DNA of 64,000 nucleotides from NCBI GenBank assembly GCA_963817895.1, contig CAWFQB010000006.1:32001-96000 (forward strand), given 5' to 3'. Within the stretch, counting starts at the first letter, position 1; each line of letters starts with the position of its first letter. The position numbers and the translations under genes were made by a program. The stretch is from an uncultured Chthonomonadaceae bacterium (GTDB lineage Bacteria > Armatimonadota > Chthonomonadetes > Chthonomonadales > Chthonomonadaceae). The notes under the pieces are model-generated. The model did not search any database. It saw nothing but the letters and a program-made list of their open reading frames with translations, and was not told the DNA's origin. Shown here piece by piece: positions 40,314 through 49,779 of the stretch.

Positions 40314-40907
40314 ATGAGTGATTTAAGCATCAGCAATGCGCAACTGGTTTTGAACAATAACGCCACAACGGGCGTACAAAGTGTGGGAACCACGACGGAC
40401 TCCTCTCCGGACAGCAGCCTGGCGTCTGCCATTTCTTCCGGCAGCAGTACCACGCAGGCGGCGTCGGTTGACATTTCCAAACCGGGAGAGTTGTTCAGCA
40501 AATTGCAAAAGCTGAAAGCGCAGGACCCGGACAAGTACAAGCAGGTGGTTTCCGATCTCGCCGACAAACTCAAAACGGCGGCAAGCAGCGCGACCGGCAA
40601 GGATCAGGAGGTTCTGAACAATCTGGCCTCCAAATTTCAGGACGCGGCAAACGGGGGCGATTTGACGCTCGGCCCGCCCGCGAACGGCGCAGGCAGTCCA
40701 AAGGGCGCGGCAGCCGCCTACGCGCAGAACAGTTCCTCAACACAGCAGGGGCTGTCGGGCGTGGGGCATCACAAAGGCGGGCATCATCATCAGCCGAGCG
40801 CGGCTGTTCAGCAGGCGTTCAAGAGCATCTCGGGTGAAGTGGACACTGCGCTTGGAGCGACCTCCGACAGCAGCAGCCAGTCTGCCACCACTGCCGTAGC
40901 AGCTTAG
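40314..40907 (+). CDS. hypothetical Ser/Ala-rich protein
   Basis: AGGAGG RBS; ISKPGELFSKLQKLKAQDPDKYKQVVSDLADKL helical core; His cluster. Confidence 0.7.
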   Translation: MSDLSISNAQLVLNNNATTGVQSVGTTTDSSPDSSLASAISSGSSTTQAASVDISKPGELFSKLQKLKAQDPDKYKQVVSDLADKLKTAASSATGKDQEVLNNLASKFQDAANGGDLTLGPPANGAGSPKGAAAAYAQNSSSTQQGLSGVGHHKGGHHHQPSAAVQQAFKSISGEVDTALGATSDSSSQSATTAVAA

Positions 40908-41011
40908 AGCCTATCCCAACAGGCGATTGCATTTGCGTCCGAAGGACGCTTGGCCGCAGGCCACTCAGACGGGTACGTTCTTTGTACCCGGCCTATTGGG
41001 ATAGGCTCTTA
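40904..41011. mobile_element. MITE-like element, copy 2 (TTA duplication; three internal hairpins)
   Basis: TTA-GAGCCTATCCCAACAGGC...GCCTATTGGGATAGGCTC-TTA. Confidence 0.75.
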
Positions 41012-41018
41012 GAGGTTC

Positions 41019-41079
41019 ATAGTTGATAGTTGATAGTTCCTGAATTTTCTATCAACTATCAACTATCAACTATCAACTT
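41019..41079. repeat. inverted heptamer arrays (ATAGTTG)n / (CAACTAT)n
   Basis: atagttgatagttgatagtt...ctatcaactatcaactatcaactatcaact. Confidence 0.8.
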
Positions 41080-41088
41080 CTCAACTCC

Positions 41089-42414
41089 TCAACACGCTTC
41101 AATTTCAGCGATGTAACGCAGGGTGCATTGGGAGGTTTTGTACACGATGAACTCGTTGTGCGCCAGATACAGCCCTTTGCAGCCCTGTACGCTGTCGTAG
41201 CCTTCGGGAGCCTGTTCGCGATAGCAGGCGAGTTTCTCTTTTTTGATGTTGCCCAATGCGACATCCGATAGAAATAGATACCCGCTTTGCGGCTTGCCCG
41301 CCCCGTTCCACAGATCACAATACTGTGCGCTTTTGCTGCTCTGATCCGCGAAATAAATCCCCTTGCCGAACATGGCCCCGTTGCATGGCGCGCTGCGGGG
41401 CGCGATCAGCAGGCCGCGCGACAGGACGCCGACGAGATTGCAAGTGAGCGTTCCGTGAAACAGTTCCTGCACGTTGCCGACTGCCTGCCCCTCACCAATA
41501 AAACGATTTCGCTCTTCCGGCAGGGTCAGCGCGAACACGCGCCTGACGCGCAGTTTGAAATTGTGCCGCCACGAATGCGCCCCCGTAATTTTATGCTCCA
41601 CGCGCTGATACTCGGCGGAAACTCTGTCCAGAACGCGCATTTCGGCCCCCAATGCCCGGTATTTGCGCTCTACATCCGCTTCCAGATCGTTCTGCACGGC
41701 AAACACGTCCCGCATCAGCTGCAGCAGGTCTTCCTCGTCATCCGCTTTCTTTACGGTATCAATCACTACAGCGTTGATATCAAAGCGCAGTCCAAGCCGG
41801 TGCGGAACCAGAGAGTAATACTCCCCGGTCAGGTTCACCAGCGTATCGCTGCGCCTTCGGGCAATGGCAAAGCGTATTTCGCGTAACTTGTCCTGCCCGC
41901 GCTCAATTTGCGTCCGACTCAGGCTGCCAAGCGGCGTTTCGATACGGCGTACCAGTTCCGACTTCGTGGCGTCGTAAATGCGATCCACAAAGCGGGCCAC
42001 GTCCGGGTGCAGGGTCGGGGAGGGAGCAAGGCGGTAAACGGGCGGCGGGACGGGGCGGGCGTAGAACGGGAAACATGGTCGCGCAGGGTTGCGCTGCCCA
42101 CAGTTAGCCTGCCGAACATCTACGGGAACATACCCTTTGCTTTTTCCGGTCTTTTCGCGGTACAATCGCTCAAATTCGGCCAGCGCGTCCTGCAAATCGT
42201 CCGTATAGCGCCCCTCCCGAACTCCGGGCGTTCCCACGCGCCCGTAATTGGTAAACAGCCGGTATTGGCCCTGCGCCTCATGCACTTCCAGCACATAAAA
42301 TTTATTGTTGTTCGTTCGCAAGTCCGCGCGGTTCAGCACGGCGGTTTTCAGGATGCGAAAGTTATCGGGAAAGGCGGGATTGCCGCTTTTGTCCAGATTG
42401 AATGTCGGTAACAT
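41089..42414 (-). CDS. bacterial PARP-family ADP-ribosyltransferase (WGR + regulatory helical + catalytic domains)
   Basis: NNNKFYVLE...YGRVG...EKTG; PLGSLSRTQI...EYYSLVPH; LFHGT, GAMFGKGIYFADQSSKSAQY, DVALG, NEFIVY; GGAGG RBS. Confidence 0.92.
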   Translation of the reverse strand: MLPTFNLDKSGNPAFPDNFRILKTAVLNRADLRTNNNKFYVLEVHEAQGQYRLFTNYGRVGTPGVREGRYTDDLQDALAEFERLYREKTGKSKGYVPVDVRQANCGQRNPARPCFPFYARPVPPPVYRLAPSPTLHPDVARFVDRIYDATKSELVRRIETPLGSLSRTQIERGQDKLREIRFAIARRRSDTLVNLTGEYYSLVPHRLGLRFDINAVVIDTVKKADDEEDLLQLMRDVFAVQNDLEADVERKYRALGAEMRVLDRVSAEYQRVEHKITGAHSWRHNFKLRVRRVFALTLPEERNRFIGEGQAVGNVQELFHGTLTCNLVGVLSRGLLIAPRSAPCNGAMFGKGIYFADQSSKSAQYCDLWNGAGKPQSGYLFLSDVALGNIKKEKLACYREQAPEGYDSVQGCKGLYLAHNEFIVYKTSQCTLRYIAEIEAC

Positions 42415-42749
42415 GGTTACGGATTCCTCCATGCGCGTCGGGCAGGTTTCAAAAGAATGAACCGTTTTGAACACTCTTATGGCCCTACTACACCGGCAGG
42501 AAGAAACCCGGAAAAAGAATCGTAAAAATAATTTTGCCGCGTCAGCAACTTCGTTTTAACTAGCATCTACTCTGCCAAAAGGTATATTTTGGCGCTGTAT
42601 GACGATTTCAAGGAACTAGCATCTTTGTTCGTGCGTCTCCCTGTCAGTTGATGAACAAGTAGAAGATGTTCATCGTCTGCTTCGCGTTTGTACCTCTGAA
42701 CGCTTTTTTTCACCGTACCATCCAAAACCAACCTACAGGGAGAGACCTG

Positions 42750-43868
42750 ATGCCGAAACGTGTGTTGATTACGGGTGGGGCCGGTTTCATTGGCTCGCAT
42801 CTTGCGGATGAATTGCTGCGGCACGGCTACAAAGTGCGCGCGCTCGACAGCCTGCTGCCGCAGGTGCATGGTTCTCCCGCCGCGCGCCCCGATTACCTCC
42901 ATCCCGACGTGGAACTCGTTGTGGGCGATGTGCGCGACCCGGATGCCGTCCGCGCCGCCTTGAAGGGCGTGGATGCCGTGTACCATTTTGCCGCGCTGGT
43001 GGGCGTCGGGCAAAGCATGTACCAGATTAACGAGTATACCGATGTGAACAACCGGGGTACGGCGGTTCTGCTCGAAGCCCTGGTGGAAAAGCCCGTCGAG
43101 CGGCTGGTTGTCGCGTCCAGCATGAGTTTGTACGGCGAGGGTCTGTACCGCGCGCCGGGCGGGCAGATTGTACAGGGGCAGGAGCGCAGTCTGGAACAGC
43201 TCAAGCAGCACGATTGGGAAGTTCGGGATGAGAACGGCGACGCGCTTGCGCCCCTGCCCACGCCCGAATCCAAAACGCCCTGCCTGTCTTCCGTGTACGC
43301 GCTGTCCAAATACGATCAGGAGCGATTGTGCCTGATTACCGGGCGCGCGTATAAAATTCCCACTGTCGCCATGCGCTTTTTCAACGTGTTCGGGACGCGG
43401 CAGGCGCTTTCCAATCCGTATACCGGCGTCCTGGCGATTTTCGCGTCCCGGTTCCTGAACAACCGCGCGCCCATGATTTTTGAAGATGGCTGCCAGCGGC
43501 GCGATTTCGTCAGCGTGTACGACATTGCGCAGGCTTGCCGCCTGGCGATGGAGGTTCCGGGCGCGGCGGGACACGTTTTCAATGTCGGCAGCGGGCATCC
43601 TTATGCCATTGCCGAGGTTGCGGAGCGCATGGCAGGCGCATTGAACTGCGAACATCTCGCGCCGGAAATCACCGAGCAGTACCGGGCAGGGGATATTCGG
43701 CACTGCTTTGCCGACATCAGCCACGCCCGGAAAATACTGGGCTACGAACCCCGCGTCACGCTGGAAAACGGCATGAGCGAACTGGCCGAATGGCTGCAAG
43801 GGCAGGTCGCCCATGACCGCATCGCGGAAGCCCACGCCGAACTCAAAAAACGGGGACTGACGGTATGA
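42750..43868 (+). CDS. NAD-dependent epimerase/dehydratase
   Basis: ITGGAGFIGSH, YALSK, RFFNVFG, RDFVSV. Confidence 0.95.
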   Translation: MPKRVLITGGAGFIGSHLADELLRHGYKVRALDSLLPQVHGSPAARPDYLHPDVELVVGDVRDPDAVRAALKGVDAVYHFAALVGVGQSMYQINEYTDVNNRGTAVLLEALVEKPVERLVVASSMSLYGEGLYRAPGGQIVQGQERSLEQLKQHDWEVRDENGDALAPLPTPESKTPCLSSVYALSKYDQERLCLITGRAYKIPTVAMRFFNVFGTRQALSNPYTGVLAIFASRFLNNRAPMIFEDGCQRRDFVSVYDIAQACRLAMEVPGAAGHVFNVGSGHPYAIAEVAERMAGALNCEHLAPEITEQYRAGDIRHCFADISHARKILGYEPRVTLENGMSELAEWLQGQVAHDRIAEAHAELKKRGLTV

Positions 43869-44844
43869 CAAAGGACAGGCTATTGATGCGCGAGCCGCAG
43901 TGGTTGTGGAGCCGGGGCAGGTTCGTATAGATGCTGTGCCGGTGCCTGTTCCCGGCCCGGACGAGGTGCTGATACGCCTGGAAGGGTGCGGCGTCTGCGC
44001 GTCCAATCTGCCGCCCTGGCAGGGGCAGCCCTGGTTTACCTATCCCTTCGCGCCGGGCGCGCTTGGGACATGAGGGGTGGGGCGTGATTGCGAGCGTGGG
44101 CGCGGACGTAACGGAATGGCAGATCGGAGATCGCGTTGCCGCGCTGTCGCAAAACGCTTACGCCGAATACGACATAGCTCATCGCCATGCCGTTGTTCGC
44201 CTGCCGGATGGCTTGAACGGACAGCCGTTTCCCGGCGAACCGCTCGGCTGCGCGCTTAATATTTTTCGGCGCAGCGACATTCGCGCGGGCCAAACCGTCG
44301 CCATTGTCGGTATCGGATTTTTGGGCGCGTTGCTCACCCGGTTTGCCGCCAACGCCGGGGCGCGCGTGATCGCCATTTCTCGCCGCCCGTATGCGCTGGA
44401 AGTGGCGCGAAGCATGGGCGCATGCGGAAACGTTCCCGATGGAAGACCACTGGCAAATCATCGAGCAGGTGAAGCAGTGGACGGAGGGGCGGTTCTGCGA
44501 CGTGGTGATTGAAGCGGTCGGCAAGCAGTGGCCGCTGGATCTGGCGGCGGAACTGACGCGCGAACGGGGGCGGCTCATCATTGCGGGGTATCATCAGGAC
44601 GGACTGCGGCAGGTCAACATGCAGATGTGGAACTGGCGCGGCCTGGATGTTATCAACGCGCACGAGCGCGAACAGCGCATTTATATTGATGGCATGCGGG
44701 ACGCGGCGCAATTGGTTGGCAGCAGGTATCCTTGACCCGTTTCCGCTGTACACGCATGTGTTTCCTCTGGAACAACTGGCGGACGCGCTGAACGCGACCC
44801 GCGACCGTCCCGACGGCTTTATGAAAGCGCTGGTGCGAATGTGA
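43865..44844 (+). CDS. zinc-binding (MDR) dehydrogenase, several frameshifts
   Basis: EGCGVCASN, GHEGWG, VGIGFLG, DVVIEAVG across frames. Confidence 0.8.
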
Positions 44845-44902
44845 GACACATCTTTACGAAACCGGCATCGCCTGCCCGACGCTCGAGACGAACGGCGCGC
44901 CG

Positions 44903-46154
44903 ATGGCGCGAACGGGACGGGCCGTTCAGCAGCGCGTTCAGCCGCACAGTCTGGTCAGCAGTCGCGAACATCTGCGTCCTGACCGCGTGTTGATGACGGC
45001 GGACTGCATTGGCGGCGTGTGGACGTATGCGCTCGATCTGGCGCGGGGACTGGCGGCGCAGGATGTCGAAGTTGATTCTGGCGACAATGGGCGATCTGCC
45101 CTCTCCCACACAGCGCGCGCAGGCCCGCAACATTCCCGGCTTGACCCTGTGTTCCAGTCCGCTTGAAATTGGAATGGATGCCGGACTGCTGGGCGGATGT
45201 GGCTCGGGCCGGTGATTGGCTGCTGGAACTGGAAGCGCGGTTCGCGCCCGATATTATCCATCTGAACGGCTACGCGCACGGCGCGTTGCCCTGGCACGCG
45301 CCCACGCTGGTTGTCGCGCACTCGTGCGTGCTGTCCTGGTGGGAAGCCGTGAAAGGGGAACCCGCCCCCGCGGAGTGGGAAACGTACCGCGAACATGTCA
45401 CGCTCGGCCTTCAATCCGCCGACTGCGTGATTGCGCCCACCGTCCGCCATGCTTGCCGCGCTGTCACCGCCATTACGGTCCCTTTCACCATTCCGACGTG
45501 ATTCCCAACGGACGCCAACATGCCCTGTATCGCGCTGCCGAAAAAGAGCCGTTTATTCTGACGGCGGGCCGCGTGTGGGACGAAGCCAAAAACGTCGCCC
45601 TGCTGGAACAAATCGCGCCCCAATCTGAAATGGCCTGTTTATGTCGCCGGCAGCCAAGCAGTCAGCCTAGATACGGCCAACATCCGAGACACTCAACACC
45701 TCAACACCTCAGTCCGCCTCCTAACTTTCATCTGCTCGGCGCATTGCCTGCCGGAAGAACTGGCCGATTGGTATGCCCGCGCCGCCATTTATGCTCTGCC
45801 TGCCCGCTATGAGCCGTTCGGACTGTCCGCGCTGGAAGCCGCGCTTTCGGGGTGCGCGCTGGTGCTGGGGGATATTGGCAGCCTGCGCGAAGTGTGGGGC
45901 GAGGCGGCGCTGTATGTCAGTCCGAACGATGCTGACGCCTGGCAGCAGACGCTTGCGAGACTGATTGCCGATCCCGAACTGCGGCAGGAGATGGCGGAAC
46001 GGGCGCAGACTCGGGCGCAGCGCTACACGCTTGACGCTATGACGGCAGGGTATCTGGACATCTACGGTCAATTGCTGACCATTCATGCCGCGGCTTCCCC
46101 ACTATCGCTCATGCCATGTCGTTCCCGCCCGAACCGGAGGAATCGCTGCCGTGA
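44903..46154 (+). CDS. glycosyltransferase family 4, several frameshifts
   Basis: VLMTADCIGGVWTY, AHSCVLSWW, AGRVWDEAKN, YEPFGLSALEAA across frames; start uncertain. Confidence 0.8.
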
Positions 46155-47370
46155 GCGTTCCCGGTCAGATCGTTATTTTCTGCCATTCCCTGCTGTCGGA
46201 CTGGAATCACGGCAACGCGCATTTTCTGCGCGGCATCGTTTCGGAATTGCAGGCGCGCGGCCAGGATGTGGTTGTTTACGAGCCGTGCCACAACTGGAGC
46301 CTGCAAAATCTGCTTGCGGACCGGGGCGTGGAGGGCGTGGAGAGTTTTCGCCGCGCCTATCCCACGCTGGACAGCGTTTTCTACGAGCCTGCCCTGCTCA
46401 ATCTGGACAAAGCGCTGGCAAACGCCTCCCTCGTTCTGGTACATGAGTGGAACGACCACGCGCTTGTGAAGCGCATCGGGCAGCACCGGCAGAAAAACGG
46501 CCACTACCGCCTGCTGTTCCACGACACGCACCACCGCTCCGTCACCGACCGGGGAGGCATGGCCGCCTACGACCTGAGCGGCTATGACGGCGTTCTCGCC
46601 TTCGGCAACATCATCCGCGACCTCTATCTTTCCGAAGGCTGGACGCGCGCCGCCTGGACATGGCACGAAGCGGCGGACACGCGGGTGTTCCACCCGCAAA
46701 GGATGAAGGATGAAGACAGAAGGATGAAGACCTGCAGATACAGAGGCTTTCTGATATACAACAGCGGCAGCAAATAATGCGCTCTTCAGCCTTCACCTTC
46801 ATCCTTCATCCTTTGCGGGTGATTTGGTCTGGATCGGCAACTGGGGCGATGAGGAGCGCACGGCGGAACTGCATGAGTTTCTGCTGCGCCGGTGAAGGCG
46901 TTGGGATTGCGGGCGCGGGTGTATGGCGTTCGCTACCCGGAACATGCGTTTCGCGCCCTGGCGGATGCGGGCATCGAGTACGGCGGCGGCCTGCCGAACC
47001 ACGAAGCGCCCGAAGTGTTTGCGCGGTACCGCGTTACGGTTCATATTCCGCGCGGCCCGTATGTAAAGTTTCTGCCGGGTATTCCGACGATTCGCGTGTT
47101 CGAGGCGCTGGCCTGCGGGATTCCGCTCGTCTGCTCGCCCTGGAACGACGCGGAGCACTGTTTACGCCGGGCGAAGATTTTCTCGTCGCCCAAAACGGTC
47201 AGGAGATGCAGCAGCATCTCCAAACCCTGCTGGAAAATCCGCAGCAGGCCGAGGCAATGGCGCAGCGCGGCCTGCAAACCATCCTTGCCCGCCACACCTG
47301 CGCCCACCGCGTAGACGAACTGCTTAACATTTATGAGCTATCGCCTGATATGGATAGCGCAGGTAATGAC
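46151..47370 (+). CDS. CgeB-like glycosyltransferase 1 (repeat insertion at ~46698-46812; frameshifts)
   Basis: HSLLSDWNHGNAHFLRG, FHDTHHR, WHEAADT, IPTIRVFEALACG, HTCAHR; end approximate. Confidence 0.8.
46698..46813. repeat. inverted heptamer arrays (AAGGATG)n / (CATCCTT)n inside a CDS
   Basis: aaggatgaaggatgaagacagaaggatgaag...cttcagccttcaccttcatccttcatcctt. Confidence 0.75.
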
Positions 47371-48447
47371 GTGAACGGTTTGAACATCGCTTTTTTCGGC
47401 TTCCAGCCTGGTTTCCGCGTATTGGAACGGCGCGGCGACCTATTACCGGGGCATCATTCGCGCGCTGCACGGGCGGGGGCATCGGGTCACATTTTATGAA
47501 CCCGACGCTTACGAGCGGCAGCAGCACCGGGATATGGACGATCCCGATTGGGCGCGCGTTGTCGTGTATGCGGGCGAGGGCGAGGAGGGGTCAACAGCGC
47601 GTTGGAGCAGGCGCGAAGCGCGGATTTGATTGTGAAAGCAAGCGGCGTGGGCGTATTCGACGAACTGCTGGAAGCGCGGGTTCTGGACATCAGACGCGCC
47701 AGGCGCTGTTGTCGCCTTTTGGGACGTGGACGCGCCCGCCACACTGGAACGGGTCCACAACGATCCGGACGATCCTTTTCGCGCCCTGATTCCGCGCTAC
47801 GACCTGATTTTGACGTATGGCGGCGGCGATCCGGTTGTGCAGGCGTATCAGGAATTGGGCGCGAAGCAGTGCGTTCCCATTTACAACGCGCTCGACCCCG
47901 ATACGCACTATCCGGTTGCGCCCGATACGCGCTTTGCCGCCGACTTGGGCTTTCTTGGGCAATCGCCTGCCCGACCGGGAAGCGCGGGTGGAGCAGTTTT
48001 TCCTTCACGCGGCTGAGTTACTGCCAGCAAAAGCAGTTTTTGCTGGGCGGCAGCGGGTGGGGCGACAAAGCCATGCCGTCCAACGTTCGTTACGCGGGAC
48101 ATGTATATACGCCCGACCACAACGCGTTCAACTGTACGCCCCGCGCCGTGCTGAACATCAGCCGCGACAGCATGGCGCGTTTCGGATTTTCCCCTGCCAC
48201 GCGCGTGTTTGAAGCGGCGGGCGCGGGCGCGTGTATGCTCACCGACTACTGGCAGGGAATCGAGCAGTTCTTTGCGCCGGAAACCGAAATTCTGGTGGCG
48301 CATAATGGCGACGAAGTGGCGCGGCATCTGGAAACCCTGACGGCGGAACGCGCAACCGAAATAGGGCAGGCGGCGTACCGGCGCGTTCTGGCGCAGCACA
48401 CCTATGCGCAGCGCGTGGTTCAACTGGAACAACTTTTGAGTAGTTGA
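47371..48447 (+). CDS. CgeB-like glycosyltransferase 2 (frameshifts)
   Basis: IAFFG...SAYWNGAATYYRG, FWDVDAPATL, GNRLPDRE, FSPATRVFEAAGAG. Confidence 0.8.
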
Positions 48448-48530
48448 TAGTTGACAGATAGAACGATGCTCGCTGTGACGCCTGTTTCCTCGGAACTGAA
48501 ACGTATTTCGAGCGTGGAGCGAACCTTCTG

Positions 48531-49626
48531 ATGCCTGATCGCCTGAAAATTGTGATACTTGGCCTGTCCATCACCAGTTCGTGGGGCAATGGACACGCGA
48601 CGACCTATCGCGGGCTTGATGCGCGAATTGTGCGATCAGGGGCATGACGTGTTGTTTCTGGAGCGGGACGTGCCCTGGTACGCGTCCAATCGCGACATGC
48701 CCCACCCGCCCTTCGGGCGAACCGAATTGTATTCCACGCTTGGACGAATTGCGCGACCGGTTTACGACTGCGGTACGTGACGCGGATTTTGTGATTGTCG
48801 GCTCGTATGTTCCCGAAGGCGTTTTAGTCAGGCGAATGGGTTACGAGCGATGGCGCGCGGCGCGACCGCATTTTATGACATTGATACGCCCGTAACGCTT
48901 GCCAAACTGGAACGCGGCGATTACGAGTACCTGACCCCCGAACTTATTCCCCGCTACAACCTGTATCTATCTTTTTCCGGCGGCCCGACGCTGACCCGAC
49001 TGGAACAGCAGTACGGTTCTCCCTGCGCCCGCCCGCTGTACTGTTCGGTTGACCCCGCTTTGTATTACCCGGACGAGAACCGCAGCGAATTCGACTACGA
49101 TTTGGGCTATATGGGAACGTACAGCGACGACCGGCAGCCGCCCCTCGAACAACTGCTATGCGAACCGGCGCGGCAGTGGCAGGCAGGACGCTTTGCCGTT
49201 GCCGGCCCACAGTACCCGGCTGCCATTATCTGGCCGTCCAATGTGGCGCGCATCGAACATCTTCCGCCCGCCGAACATCGCGCCTTTTACAACGCGCAAC
49301 GATTTACCCTCAACATCACGCGGGCGGATATGATACGGGCCGGCTACTCCCCAAGCGTCCGCCTGTTTGAAGCCGCGGCCTGCGGCGTTCCCATCATCAG
49401 CGATTACTGGGACGGGCTGGACACGTTTTTCACCCTTGACACCGAAATACTGGTTGCTCATTCGCCAGCGGATACGCTTCGCTACTGCCGCGAATTACCG
49501 GAAGCGGAACGGCTCGCCATCGGCGAACGCGCCCGTCAGCGCGTCCTCGCCCACCACACCGCCGCCCACCGCGCCCACGAACTCGCCTCCTATGCCCGCG
49601 AAACCCTCAACAAGCATTCTGTATAA
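48531..49626 (+). CDS. CgeB-like glycosyltransferase 3 (frameshifts)
   Basis: LGLSITSSWGNGHATTYRG, FYDIDTPVT, GTYSDDRQP, SPSVRLFEAAACG. Confidence 0.82.
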
Positions 49627-49779
49627 GTTTTCATCTGCTCTGTTCGCCGCTAAAATTATATCTTTAGTTAAATATAGGAACGAGCCTAAAGAACTCTGTG
49701 TCATTTGTCAATAATAATGTTACTAAATTATGAGTGAGATTATTCATGACAAACCCGACCTTCCAAAGCAGAGGTTTCA

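Noticed and set aside
40921..40995. Three-hairpin interior resembling a tRNA cloverleaf
   Set aside because: No T-loop/D-loop consensus or CCA end; it is enclosed by MITE-type TIRs.
42459..42472. GAAC-N6-GAAC upstream of PARP as a LexA box
   Set aside because: Spacing fits neither GAAC-N4-GTTC nor GAAC-N7-GAAC.
42567..44006. Long antisense ORFs (also 16904-18037, 26061-26870, 62664-63755 and others)
   Set aside because: Shadow frames of well-supported genes in GC-rich DNA; no motifs.
47330..47400. Apparent in-frame fusion of CgeB-like genes 1 and 2
   Set aside because: Lies in the error-rich segment; most likely an indel hiding the stop codon.
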